Shown: positions 1-8,949, counted from the first letter of the stretch. The stretch: DNA of 39,400 bases from a virus (IMGVR_UViG_3300007764_000002:1-39400), one strand, 5' to 3'. Notes: generated from the letters alone by a model not told the origin. Numbers and translations are program-made.

Positions 1-285
1 CACAAGGTATTTGCGTCAGTTTCCCCCACAGTGGTTCCAGTGGGTACTCAGTGGAGCGGCGGCAGTAAGAGTTATTATAAAGTTATAGACTTGAAACAGG
101 GGACTGTGGAGCAAATTGTAGACAGCAGATCGTTCCCGTTTAATACGCCTGCCATCCCTGTTGATATCCCGTCAGGCGGTGCAGCGGTAAGTTACGGGAC
201 TTTCAATGGAAAGACAGCAACGGCCCACGTTTTCCTCCACCCTGACCACCCGCTGGTTGATTCACTCAATAAATTACCCGACTGA
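1..285 (+). CDS. Early hypothetical protein (5' truncated by window edge)
   Basis: Frame open from base 1 (HKVFASVSPTVVPVGTQWSGGSKSYY...); ends just before a terminator/promoter cassette. Confidence 0.7.
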   Translation, partial: HKVFASVSPTVVPVGTQWSGGSKSYYKVIDLKQGTVEQIVDSRSFPFNTPAIPVDIPSGGAAVSYGTFNGKTATAHVFLHPDHPLVDSLNKLPD

Positions 286-301
286 TCGTGTTGACGTGCT
301 C

Positions 302-335
302 CCTTGCTCTGACCTGACAGTTGGAGCAAGGTTTT
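302..335 (+). terminator. Intrinsic terminator-like hairpin, copy 1
   Basis: CCTTGCTC(302-309)/GAGCAAGG(324-331) stem, extendable with GU pairs, followed by TTTT. Confidence 0.65.
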
Positions 336-355
336 CGATTTTTTTAACAGTAGAC

Positions 356-383
356 TTGACTTTTTGATTCCATACTGTATACT
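356..383 (+). promoter_or_regulatory. sigma70-type early promoter P1
   Basis: TTGACT(356-361)-16 bp-TATACT(378-383), T-rich upstream, followed by GTTTAAAC and an RBS. Confidence 0.8.
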
Positions 384-409
384 ATGTTTAAACATGGGAG
401 AACAGGACA

Positions 410-613
410 ATGATTATTAAAGAAATCAATCAAGCTAGATTAGCCGCAAAAGGCGGCTGGTGGACGTATGTTAGCCGGGATAACCGTATCCGCATTAAGG
501 GGTATGGTACTTGGATACAACGATTGGAGCATGATAACTCAGTTTACAGTGGGCCGATGGATTGTACTGTAAAAGAGTTTAAGGATTTTTTGTTGGGTTG
601 GTTTGGCGAATAA
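410..613 (+). CDS. Early hypothetical protein
   Basis: First ORF after P1, GGGAG RBS, 67 aa. Confidence 0.75.
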   Translation: MIIKEINQARLAAKGGWWTYVSRDNRIRIKGYGTWIQRLEHDNSVYSGPMDCTVKEFKDFLLGWFGE

Positions 614-637
614 ACCTTTTTATAGGAGAACAAGACA

Positions 638-835
638 ATGGAAATTGACCAAACTGTAAAAGCGGAATTGTATGACGGAGAGCTTTATGAAACGTGTTGG
701 GTATATGTTCAATCCGAGCCAAACCTGTGGACTGTTGGGCATTATGGTCCGGGCGGCAAGTGGAATAGTGAATCAGACCATAGCTCGAAAGAAGACGCTG
801 CAACCCGCTGTCATTGGCTGAACGGTGGCGACTAA
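638..835 (+). CDS. Early hypothetical protein
   Basis: AGGAG RBS; ends ...WTVGHYGPGGKWNSESDH...AATRCHWLNGG, a pattern I recognise from small phage proteins. Confidence 0.75.
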   Translation: MEIDQTVKAELYDGELYETCWVYVQSEPNLWTVGHYGPGGKWNSESDHSSKEDAATRCHWLNGGD

Positions 836-856
836 CCTCAACTACCGGAGAATAAA

Positions 857-1051
857 ATGAGCACGAAACAGACTGATATCTACAATGTTTTAATTGAGGA
901 TAACAGCTTATTTAAATTTCTCACGGACCATATGCAATATCGTCCTGACAATAGGACCTATGTAATTGACGCCCGAACATTAAGGCTTGCTCCCCCAGCA
1001 GCACGCCGAGCGTTCGAGAGAATAAGAGAAGCCCAAACTACAGGAGAATAA
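857..1051 (+). CDS. Early hypothetical protein
   Basis: GGAGAATAAAATG initiation region, tight packing. Confidence 0.7.
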   Translation: MSTKQTDIYNVLIEDNSLFKFLTDHMQYRPDNRTYVIDARTLRLAPPAARRAFERIREAQTTGE

Positions 1052-1052
1052 A

Positions 1053-1367
1053 ATGAAAAAGACAGAACATACCCCGCTGCCTTGGACGATGCACAGTGGA
1101 AGTGTGTATCAGGATGGTCCGAATGTGTGGCCGAAAGGCGAAGATACCGGCGTCCGTATAGCTAGGATGGATAGAGACAACCCCCACACATCACCTTGTG
1201 AACGAGATGCAAATGCCGCCTTCATCGTCAAGGCTTGCAATACCCACAATCGACTTGTTGAAGCGTTGACGGTTGTGTTAAACCAGTGGGATTGTACCAC
1301 CGAGCAAACACCAGAAGATCGGCTGATCTATAATAAGGCCCGTGCCCTGCTTGACGAGTTGAAATAG
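1053..1367 (+). CDS. Phage protein of the HTPxPW...ANAxxI family
   Basis: N-terminal HTPLPW and later ANAAFIVKACN..LVEAL motifs; strong RBS. Confidence 0.8.
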   Translation: MKKTEHTPLPWTMHSGSVYQDGPNVWPKGEDTGVRIARMDRDNPHTSPCERDANAAFIVKACNTHNRLVEALTVVLNQWDCTTEQTPEDRLIYNKARALLDELK

Positions 1368-1380
1368 TTTACCCGATCCC

Positions 1381-1414
1381 CTTTGCCCTGACTTAACGGT
1401 TTGGGCAAGGTTTT
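1381..1414 (+). terminator. Intrinsic terminator-like hairpin, copy 2
   Basis: CTTTGCCC(1381-1388)/GGGCAAGG(1403-1410) followed by TTTT; homologous to the 302-335 hairpin. Confidence 0.65.
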
Positions 1415-1436
1415 AAAGTTTTTTTGACTGACTGAC

Positions 1437-1464
1437 TTGACTTTTCAATTTTATAGTGTATACT
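1437..1464 (+). promoter_or_regulatory. sigma70-type early promoter P2
   Basis: TTGACT(1437-1442)-16 bp-TATACT(1459-1464), then GTTTAAAC and AAGGAG. Confidence 0.8.
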
Positions 1465-1487
1465 ATGTTTAAACAAAGGAGAATAAA

Positions 1488-1940
1488 ATGAGTAGATCAG
1501 TACATGTTCCAAATGACGCCTCTCAAGTCGCATACATTCAGACGACTTTTGAAACAGAAGACGACTGGATGGAGTTTAAAGAAGATGTCCGTAGTATCCT
1601 ACAACAAAAATTCCCGAGCTTTGATTTTTCCGATACCTTTATGTGGAATGAAGAGTTACGGATATTGGAAAACGGCCACAGTCACGTGATCGTTTCGACG
1701 TACGGCGGGCTAACTGCGATAAGCCTAGTACCAAAGCATGAAAATACCTTGAATAAAGCATGGTGTGGGCAAGTCAGTGGCTCGTTCTTACGCACGTTAA
1801 ACCAAGCGTTCGGGGAGAATGCACTCCGACCGATAGGAAGGGCGAGCAATGGTGAGGTGTTTTTTGAGAGAGTTTCACTTTTAAACAATGATCTAGTCCC
1901 GAAAAGCTGGGACGAAGGACACGGGAACCCACATTCATAA
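1488..1940 (+). CDS. Early hypothetical protein
   Basis: First ORF after P2, strong RBS, 150 aa. Confidence 0.8.
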   Translation: MSRSVHVPNDASQVAYIQTTFETEDDWMEFKEDVRSILQQKFPSFDFSDTFMWNEELRILENGHSHVIVSTYGGLTAISLVPKHENTLNKAWCGQVSGSFLRTLNQAFGENALRPIGRASNGEVFFERVSLLNNDLVPKSWDEGHGNPHS

Positions 1941-1950
1941 GGAGCATATC

Positions 1951-2550
1951 GTGGCACTACAAGTTAAAACGAAGTTTAAAGAACAGTGGTTGAACACCGC
2001 CCTAACAAAATTCATTCGCAAGCATTTTACAGACGCCGGGTACACAGTCCCCGATAATGTGCGACTGAGCACGGGCTGGCCCAGCCGGGGAGCGTTAGCG
2101 AAAAAGCGAGTTTTAGGGCAAGCATGGTCAGCCGAAAACTCAGCGGATGAGACGCATGAAATTATTATCAGCGTATATCTTGACGACCCTTGTGAGGTTC
2201 TGGCTACCCTTATTCACGAAGTTGTGCACGTGGTTGTCGGGCATGAGGTGGGCCACCGCAAGCCTTTTGTTGACTGTATGAAACTGGTAGGCTTGGAAGG
2301 TAAGGCGACTGCTACCGTAGCCAGTGATGACTTAAAAGAGAAAATCGCAAAGTGGCTTCCGGTACTGGGGTGGTATCCTCATGCTAAGCTTGACGGATCG
2401 GAACAGAAAAAGCAGTCTACTCGCATGATTAAAATGGAGTGTAAAGAATGCGGATGTGTTGTGAGAACGTCCCGAAAATGGCTTGAAACCTTCGGGGATG
2501 AATGGCCTTGTCCCTGCGAAGGGGTATTACAGGAGGTACAACCAGAATGA
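1951..2550 (+). CDS. SprT-like zinc metallopeptidase with C-terminal zinc ribbon
   Basis: HExxH (TLIHEVVH) plus downstream H (GHRKPF); CKECG...CPC at the C-terminus; AAGGAG before GTG. Confidence 0.75.
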   Translation: MALQVKTKFKEQWLNTALTKFIRKHFTDAGYTVPDNVRLSTGWPSRGALAKKRVLGQAWSAENSADETHEIIISVYLDDPCEVLATLIHEVVHVVVGHEVGHRKPFVDCMKLVGLEGKATATVASDDLKEKIAKWLPVLGWYPHAKLDGSEQKKQSTRMIKMECKECGCVVRTSRKWLETFGDEWPCPCEGVLQEVQPE

Positions 2551-2822
2551 ACGGACGTGAAACTATATATCCCCGAAGTGCCCTGCTGTCTGAGGCTGTA
2601 CGTCAGGCAGTAAGGCTAGCACAGAGAACACAGAAGTCTACCGGCGTGTACCTGTTGGTTGGCGGAACGAAACTGGCAGTGCGAGTTTGTGATGATGCTG
2701 ACAACTATATCCTGAAACCTGCTCACGCTGAGGTGATCGTTGAAAGCTGGGACGAAAACACCCTTCAAATACGTTACACGGGTGGGGAAAGTCAATTTAT
2801 ATCAAAGAAGGAGAGCATATGA
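2547..2822 (+). CDS. Hypothetical protein
   Basis: AGGAGG RBS, ATGA overlap with upstream stop (start moved from 2502). Confidence 0.7.
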   Translation: MNGRETIYPRSALLSEAVRQAVRLAQRTQKSTGVYLLVGGTKLAVRVCDDADNYILKPAHAEVIVESWDENTLQIRYTGGESQFISKKESI

Positions 2823-2976
2823 AGTTACCACTAGCCATACAGGAAATGCGTGCGATCTACCGGGGCGTTCCCCCCCAATGATCCGCAAAAGTCTCGCATG
2901 CGAAAAAATCTAAGGAACATCATTCAACTGTGGCTCGTTATGAAACGAACCATCGAACAACAAAGGAGCGATTTAA

Positions 2977-3210
2977 ATGGGGAAATCAACCAAGGGATTC
3001 AACAGCAGGTGTACAGTTCGAGGCCCGATTTCATCGGCAGAAATTCAGCAAGCCTTGGATGTGGTACAACGCCCGGAGTGTTTCAATCGACACCAGCGGA
3101 GGGCGATAAAGTCGAGAGTGAGGCATCATCTTCGATGGACGATTAAACATGATAAATCAGCAACAGATACGCAGGTACGTGCCTTCCGTCAACTGTTGCG
3201 AGCATTTTAA
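2977..3210 (+). CDS. Small basic hypothetical protein
   Basis: AAGGAG RBS, Arg-rich 77 aa. Confidence 0.6.
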   Translation: MGKSTKGFNSRCTVRGPISSAEIQQALDVVQRPECFNRHQRRAIKSRVRHHLRWTIKHDKSATDTQVRAFRQLLRAF

Positions 3211-3223
3211 GGAGAGCGTCTCT

Positions 3224-3445
3224 ATGTATGCAATTTCTCAAATCGATGTTGTAGTTGAGACAGATGAAGGATTCCGGTGTGTAGTCAGTCAGAATATGCT
3301 GGGCAAAAAGCAGGTGTATATCTCACCTAACGAGTTCACAAGTCGAGATTCAAATGTCCCTGCAACCGTTGCCGTCGATGGAGTTGTTTGTCCCTTCCTT
3401 AAAAAGGATGCAACAACACAGAATTTGATTTTCTGTGAAAATTAA
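3224..3445 (+). CDS. Hypothetical protein
   Basis: AAGGAG RBS before ATG 3224 (start moved from 3149). Confidence 0.65.
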   Translation: MYAISQIDVVVETDEGFRCVVSQNMLGKKQVYISPNEFTSRDSNVPATVAVDGVVCPFLKKDATTQNLIFCEN

Positions 3446-3459
3446 TTTTACCCAGTGAC

Positions 3460-3487
3460 TTGACTTTTCGATTTCATGTGGTATACT
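3460..3487 (+). promoter_or_regulatory. sigma70-type promoter P3 (extended -10)
   Basis: TTGACT(3460-3465)-16 bp-TATACT(3482-3487) with TGn; 29 bp identical to P4. Confidence 0.8.
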
Positions 3488-3490
3488 TAT

Positions 3491-3520
3491 GGTACTGGTC
3501 GGATGAAACTGTCCAGTACC
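3491..3520 (+). promoter_or_regulatory. 5' leader hairpin just downstream of P3
   Basis: GGTACTGG/CCAGTACC perfect 8-bp inverted repeat followed by TTT. Confidence 0.5.
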
Positions 3521-3551
3521 TTTAAAAGAAATCCTTGACCCGGAGATTACA

Positions 3552-4148
3552 ATGGCTGATACACCACACTATAAAGTACGAGCGACATCTCATCCTGATA
3601 CTGAAAACGCATGGCTGCTTAGCTATGGCAAGGGAAAGAAAAAGCTAACCGCCAAAGTTACGCCGACAAGTTTAGGGTGGATAGTGAGTGAAACCGAAGC
3701 TGCTTTAAGTCTTGATGCCTTTCCCCGACTGAGAGACGCAAAAATAAAATGGGGAGCTTGGGCCGCGAGTCATTATGATGGCAACAGTTCACCGTCACCG
3801 AAAAAAGAAGGGACGACACGATCTGGACCGCCCAAGCCCCCATCTTTAATGAAGAAGAAATCTGGACCTCCGGCGTTTAAACGCTCTGGTCCTCCAACTC
3901 ACAAGGCGAAGACACCAGAAAATCTTGATCGGCAGTTCGAGTCTGACCCTTTCAGTCCTATGATGCGATACGCCTGCAACTGTGAGGACAAGGCGAAACG
4001 TCAGCAATTGACGCCCCTTGGGGTACTGGTAGAATTGCAGAAGTTCTGGCTCACGCATCAGGAAAAGGGCGACATGACTATCGACAAATTTCACCCGATC
4101 TTTAACACTGTTCAAGCTTGCTTGGCACGGGAGCTTAAAGAAGATTGA
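3552..4148 (+). CDS. Hypothetical protein with Pro/Lys-rich linker (3x SGPP)
   Basis: First ORF after P3, GGAG RBS, 198 aa. Confidence 0.75.
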   Translation: MADTPHYKVRATSHPDTENAWLLSYGKGKKKLTAKVTPTSLGWIVSETEAALSLDAFPRLRDAKIKWGAWAASHYDGNSSPSPKKEGTTRSGPPKPPSLMKKKSGPPAFKRSGPPTHKAKTPENLDRQFESDPFSPMMRYACNCEDKAKRQQLTPLGVLVELQKFWLTHQEKGDMTIDKFHPIFNTVQACLARELKED

Positions 4149-4549
4149 CCTACGAACTGCGACGAAATGCGAAGTCTGAGGACCATATGGCACCTGAGGA
4201 CAAAGAAGTTTTGTGGGCCATCACCGAAGCGGGATACCAGTATAAACAGGACGATTTTAATCTCATTAATTCCTTCGTCCCTACCTATATTCTCTATGCT
4301 GCCTACAATGCGTATATCCACCGAACTACATATCGAGAAGTGGATGATACGGTCCCTGCTAACCTCAATCCGCGACAGTTCGGGGTGTCTCTCTGCTGGG
4401 TGTTCTCAATTGCTCCTGAGCACCACGTCCGCCGGAAGTTTCACGGCAAACGGAAATGGGGGTATCTATGCTGGACTGGCCCCGAGGCTTTGATTACTCG
4501 TGAGGTTCGCGGACGTAGACCTGTAAGGATTCCACCCGATGAAGAGTAA
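4145..4549 (+). CDS. Putative stand-alone winged-helix protein resembling the D5/P4 primase C-terminal domain
   Basis: LYAAYNAY...NPRQFGVSL...RRKFHGKRKWGY pattern; coupled to neighbours on both sides. Confidence 0.55.
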   Translation: MTYELRRNAKSEDHMAPEDKEVLWAITEAGYQYKQDDFNLINSFVPTYILYAAYNAYIHRTTYREVDDTVPANLNPRQFGVSLCWVFSIAPEHHVRRKFHGKRKWGYLCWTGPEALITREVRGRRPVRIPPDEE

Positions 4550-6680
4550 GCCAGCACCAGCCGCTCCGAGAGTGCGAGGGTCTCACACTAGGCCGCCAAT
4601 CGTTAATCCTGCTAGACGCTCTCTCTGGCGTGTACTGGAGGAATGTGACTACCCGCAGAAGGTTGTTGTCTTAGATTTTGAGACGTACTTTGATTCTAAG
4701 TTCAGCATGAAAACGCTCAGTACCATTGAGTACATCATGGACCCCCGCTTTGAAGTCCTAGGATTGGCCAGTCTGCGGATGATGCCGGGGACCATCGGGC
4801 CGGGTTACGAAAGTAGAACATCGTGGCAGGATGGTGAAGATGGCGTCCAAGAGATGCTCTCCCGTATGAAAGTTCAGTATGGTGAACACTTCCAGAATTG
4901 TACAATCGTAGCCCACAATGCTAAGTTTGACGTATCAGTCCTAGCATTTAAATATCACATCTACCCCGCCTACGTCATCGATACACTGGGACTGGCCCGA
5001 CACTGGAACGCACGCCGGAACAACGATCTGGCGTCACTCGCTAAACACTTTGGACTACCGGATAAAGGGGATACGAAACTCTTTACAGGGTTTACGAACA
5101 GAGTCCGGGCTGCTAACAAGGGCAAACGAAAAGGCCCCCCGGTGAAGATGCCACGGATGACTGAGCAAGACAAGCGTGATCTAGGAGTCTATGCTCAGAA
5201 TGATGTCGCTCGTGAATGGGAACTGCTTAAAATCTTGCTGCCCAAATTAAGTAACCCAAAGACAGAACTGCGGATCATGCACCATACCTTGGAGTTGTTC
5301 TACAAGCCGACCTTAAAGGTTGATTACAACAGGGCTGAGGATATCAAGGCCAGAATGAATGCGGAGATCGACCGGGAGATAGACAAAGCCAACGAGATCG
5401 GATCGTTTAAACATCCCGTTATATCTCGATCCGCACTCAGCGGAGAGACCAGCTTTGAACGCCTGCTATTAGACGCCCTGAACGGGGCGGGGGATGACTA
5501 CCAAAAGTACACAAAAAGAACTAAGAAAAAGAATAAGGCTTGGATGTTTGCCCTTGCGAAGGATGACCCTGCGAGAGACCAACTATTAACTCATCCTGAT
5601 CCGTGGGTGCGTAGCTTAATGGAAGCAAGGGTTGCATTGAAATCATGGCCATTGCATATTAAACGAGTTGATCGGATTGTAAATCAAAGCAAAGCAACCG
5701 GCGGATGGCTACCTGTTCCATTGAAATATTGTGGGGCACATACAGGCAGATGGTCAGGCGGAGAGAAGATCAACCTACAAAACCTTGGCAGTCGCGGGCA
5801 TGAGCTTGTGAATGCCATCCGGGGAATGCTGATCGCAGATGATGGAGACGAACTAATCATCGCTGATTCCGCACAGATTGAGGCAAGAGTTTTGCCGTGG
5901 CTGGCCAATCAGAACGATCTCGTTGAAAAGTTCGCTAATAATGAAAAGATTTATTGTGAATTTGCATCGAAGATTCTAGGGTTTAAAGTTAGAAAGCCCC
6001 GGAAAGATGGACCGATTAAAGCTATCGAGGATAAAATGAAGTGGGCACGTAACAGCGTGGGCAAAGTTGGCGTGCTGGCTTGTGGCTATGGCATGGGACC
6101 AGAGCGAGCAGTGGACTATGCCAATGGTACGATTGATCTTGAGACTGCCACTAAAGTTGTCAAGACTTATCGGGCTGATAATAAGAGGGTCGTGAAATTC
6201 TGGAGCGACATTGAAAGAGCTTTTATATACACGGCTCGCTACGGTAAGCCTTGCTCACTAGATCATGGCCTTACACTATATCAATTGCCCGACTGTGATG
6301 TTGTAATTCGGTTGCCAAACGGCAGGGAGTTAAAGTACCACCAAGTGAAAGTACGGTCTAGCGAGAATGGGAAAGCTACGGTGGAAGTGTACAACGCCTT
6401 GGAAAAATGCTGGAAGTATACATGGGGCGGCTCTCTTACAGAGAATATAGTACAGGCGATCAGCCGTGACATACTTTGGGGGGCCATTGAGTTGTTGGAA
6501 GACGACGGGGTGCATGTTGCCCACCATGTGCATGATGAGCTAATCGCGGTTGTCCCGCACGGGGATGGTGAGTTAGCCCTGCACAAGGCCATCACTGCTT
6601 TAAGCATCACTCCTAAGTGGGCAAGGGGACTACCCCTATCCGCCGAAGGAGTTGTCACGAGAAGGTACGGAGATCATTAA
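4539..6680 (+). CDS. polA: DNA polymerase family A with 3'-5' exonuclease
   Basis: ExoI LDFETY, ExoII AHNAKFD, ExoIII YAQND; HTGRWSG; motif A DSAQIEARVL; motif B R..GK...LACGYG; motif C HVHDE. Confidence 0.95.
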   Translation: MKSKPAPAAPRVRGSHTRPPIVNPARRSLWRVLEECDYPQKVVVLDFETYFDSKFSMKTLSTIEYIMDPRFEVLGLASLRMMPGTIGPGYESRTSWQDGEDGVQEMLSRMKVQYGEHFQNCTIVAHNAKFDVSVLAFKYHIYPAYVIDTLGLARHWNARRNNDLASLAKHFGLPDKGDTKLFTGFTNRVRAANKGKRKGPPVKMPRMTEQDKRDLGVYAQNDVAREWELLKILLPKLSNPKTELRIMHHTLELFYKPTLKVDYNRAEDIKARMNAEIDREIDKANEIGSFKHPVISRSALSGETSFERLLLDALNGAGDDYQKYTKRTKKKNKAWMFALAKDDPARDQLLTHPDPWVRSLMEARVALKSWPLHIKRVDRIVNQSKATGGWLPVPLKYCGAHTGRWSGGEKINLQNLGSRGHELVNAIRGMLIADDGDELIIADSAQIEARVLPWLANQNDLVEKFANNEKIYCEFASKILGFKVRKPRKDGPIKAIEDKMKWARNSVGKVGVLACGYGMGPERAVDYANGTIDLETATKVVKTYRADNKRVVKFWSDIERAFIYTARYGKPCSLDHGLTLYQLPDCDVVIRLPNGRELKYHQVKVRSSENGKATVEVYNALEKCWKYTWGGSLTENIVQAISRDILWGAIELLEDDGVHVAHHVHDELIAVVPHGDGELALHKAITALSITPKWARGLPLSAEGVVTRRYGDH

Positions 6681-7060
6681 TGAAGTATTTGGAGCAATTA
6701 TCTTCCAGACAGTGGGTTCAGATTCGGGCTGCCCTGCAACTGTGGATCGCGACAGTTCAGAGCGGACACTTTCACCCGTCCAGAATCAGAGGGATGGAGG
6801 AAGTCTTTAAGAACTACAGTCCCATGAATGTAGAAGAGATCGAGCAGATGATGGCTCAGACCCCCGACCGGATTTATTATACACTGGCTGATCTAAGCAA
6901 GATTTTAGGAGTAACACGGCAATCATTATTTAATGCTGTTCGATCAGCAGGGATACAGCCCGACGAGATCGCTGGTAAGTGCCACGTTTATCGGGCTGAT
7001 CGAATCGCGAGTATTATCGAAAGGTATAAGAAGCATGGACCTTCCAATAGGACCACATGA
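6680..7060 (+). CDS. HTH DNA-binding protein
   Basis: TAATG coupling to polA; YTLADLSKILGVTRQSLFNAVR helix-turn-helix. Confidence 0.75.
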   Translation: MKYLEQLSSRQWVQIRAALQLWIATVQSGHFHPSRIRGMEEVFKNYSPMNVEEIEQMMAQTPDRIYYTLADLSKILGVTRQSLFNAVRSAGIQPDEIAGKCHVYRADRIASIIERYKKHGPSNRTT

Positions 7061-7667
7061 ACATTACTGTGGAATTGACCCCGGCTTTAAGGGGGCGATA
7101 TCAGTAATGAACGCTGCAGGCACCGTGGTAAGCATTGTAGACTTACCTGTTACGAGTAAAGGGACTGGCAAGTCAAGAGAGTTTGATCTGCCTGCATTAA
7201 GGAACGTGTTTAAACGCATAAAGTTTACTCACGATCTGGTAGTCGGTCTCGAATGGCCTACTACTCGTCCCGGTGAGGGGGCGGAACGAAGTGAGCGGTT
7301 CGGTCGTGGCAAGGGGATTTTGCAGGCTATGCTGTTTTGTATGGGGTTTGACTATTATTTAATCTCCCCGAATTTATGGAAGGGACGACTAGGTGTACCC
7401 GGAAAGACACAGGGAGATTCAAATATCATAGCGGAGCAAGTATTTACTACCTATTACCCCCAATTTGCGGACTTAATCAAAGGCCCACGCGGTGGTTTCA
7501 AGGACGGCAGGTGTGATGCAGCCCTGATCGCTCACTTTTTGCGGACCCGGAGTGTGGCGGGGTTGAAGTCGATTGTGGAAAAGCATGGAAGGGACAGTGC
7601 GGAAGCAATGGCTTTTGTGTTAGGAGGGGGGCGAAGTAAGACAAAAAAGTTTTTCCGAAGACCTTGA
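7035..7667 (+). CDS. RuvC-like Holliday junction resolvase
   Basis: GIDPG, central LE, FG.G.G, P..WK, DGRCDAALIA catalytic pattern; start moved to ATG 7035. Confidence 0.85.
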   Translation: MDLPIGPHEHYCGIDPGFKGAISVMNAAGTVVSIVDLPVTSKGTGKSREFDLPALRNVFKRIKFTHDLVVGLEWPTTRPGEGAERSERFGRGKGILQAMLFCMGFDYYLISPNLWKGRLGVPGKTQGDSNIIAEQVFTTYYPQFADLIKGPRGGFKDGRCDAALIAHFLRTRSVAGLKSIVEKHGRDSAEAMAFVLGGGRSKTKKFFRRP

Positions 7668-7691
7668 CTTTTCGATTTCATGTGGTATACT
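7664..7691 (+). promoter_or_regulatory. sigma70-type promoter P4
   Basis: TTGACT(7664-7669)-16 bp-TATACT(7686-7691); identical to P3. Confidence 0.8.
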
Positions 7692-7715
7692 GTAATTAGA
7701 CCCGGAGATTAAGCC

Positions 7716-8936
7716 ATGACCATTCGACAATTTGCACTATCAGCGTCTAGCATTTCATCATTCAAAGCTTGCCCTACCCGGTATAGACTGGCGTATCGTG
7801 AGGGTATTCGTCCAATTGAGGACACTGACTCGCAACGTCGGGGCACTAACTGGCACGCTCTCCATGAAGTCTACGAGAACGAGCTTGGCAAAGCCAGAAA
7901 CGACGAAGCATTGGACTATGAGCAAGCGAGTGCGAAGGCTCTCCAAGCGGCTATCGACTTCCTGAATGATCGATATGCTGATGCTCCGATGCCGTCTTAT
8001 AAAACGATTGAAGAGTGGCAAGTTGAACAGATGACGCTGGTTGCCTCCTTCATGGCATACCTCAATTATTGGGGAAGTACAGAAGATCGGGTCTATCCCC
8101 TGAAGAGTGAGGTACAATTTCAATTGCCCCTGTACACTCCGAAGGTTGGGCTACCGTTACCCATGTCTCAGGTAGTACGACAGGGAAAAATCGACAACAT
8201 CGGGATATGGCAGAATAAGCTCGTCAATGTGGAGCGTAAATCTACCACCAGAAGTATTGATTCGTCTAGCGACTACTGGAATAAGGCACAAAAAGATACG
8301 CAGGTCAGCATGTATGACCTATCCTTCCATGATATTATGAAATCGGAAGGGCCGCAGTTCTTCGGGTTGTCAAGTGATTGCGAGCTAGAATGCTCCGGCA
8401 GCACGCTATACGATGTATGGCACGTTCCTACGATCAAACCGTCTAAGCTTACGCAGGCAGGTACGGCAGAGCTTTTGAAAACTCAGACCTATTGTGGTCA
8501 AACTTTCGATGTTAAGGTGGTGGTACACTCTGGCTTTGAGGTGCATACCGAGGTATTTGTAGACGGCAAAGGGGCAGAAGTAATCCCCGGCAAACGTGGG
8601 TTCGCAGTCCGTGAAACACCTGATATGTACGCGGCTCGTCTACTTCAAGATATCCAAGAGCGTCCTGAGTTCTACTTCCAGCGACGAGAAATCAGCCGTA
8701 CCGACAATGACCGTAAGCGATTTCGTAACGAACTTTTCAACATCTATCAAGCACAGAAAATGTTTGACATGAACAATTGCTGGTATGAGAATGAGCAGCA
8801 ATGCCGGGCAACATTCCCCTGCCCCTACATCCCGATCTGCTACGGAGAAGGTGCGGATGCACTCTGTAAAAGCAAGGATGTACCTAACGGGTTCAAGCGT
8901 CGGCATGAAGATACTCCGGTGGAAGAAGATGTATAA
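7716..8936 (+). CDS. PD-(D/E)XK exonuclease (RecB/Cas4-like)
   Basis: LSASSI..FKACP, GT.WH, GKID, VERKST, Q.SMY and C-terminal C....PCPY..IC (possible Fe-S ligands). Confidence 0.85.
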   Translation: MTIRQFALSASSISSFKACPTRYRLAYREGIRPIEDTDSQRRGTNWHALHEVYENELGKARNDEALDYEQASAKALQAAIDFLNDRYADAPMPSYKTIEEWQVEQMTLVASFMAYLNYWGSTEDRVYPLKSEVQFQLPLYTPKVGLPLPMSQVVRQGKIDNIGIWQNKLVNVERKSTTRSIDSSSDYWNKAQKDTQVSMYDLSFHDIMKSEGPQFFGLSSDCELECSGSTLYDVWHVPTIKPSKLTQAGTAELLKTQTYCGQTFDVKVVVHSGFEVHTEVFVDGKGAEVIPGKRGFAVRETPDMYAARLLQDIQERPEFYFQRREISRTDNDRKRFRNELFNIYQAQKMFDMNNCWYENEQQCRATFPCPYIPICYGEGADALCKSKDVPNGFKRRHEDTPVEEDV

Positions 8937-8949
8937 GGAGCGTTTAAAC

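Noticed and set aside
1903-2756. 14-bp direct repeat AAAGCTGGGACGAA (1903 and 2743)
   Set aside because: Only two copies, both coding SWDE, no flanking structure; plausibly chance
4539-6680. Leu at the PolA 762-equivalent position (KVGVL) as proof of temperate lifestyle
   Set aside because: Only a correlation in phage PolA surveys; no lysogeny genes are seen, so lifestyle is left uncalled
7716-8936. Cas4-like nuclease as a sign of CRISPR-Cas
   Set aside because: No repeat-spacer array or other cas genes; the exonuclease-Sak4-SSB context indicates a normal phage recombination module
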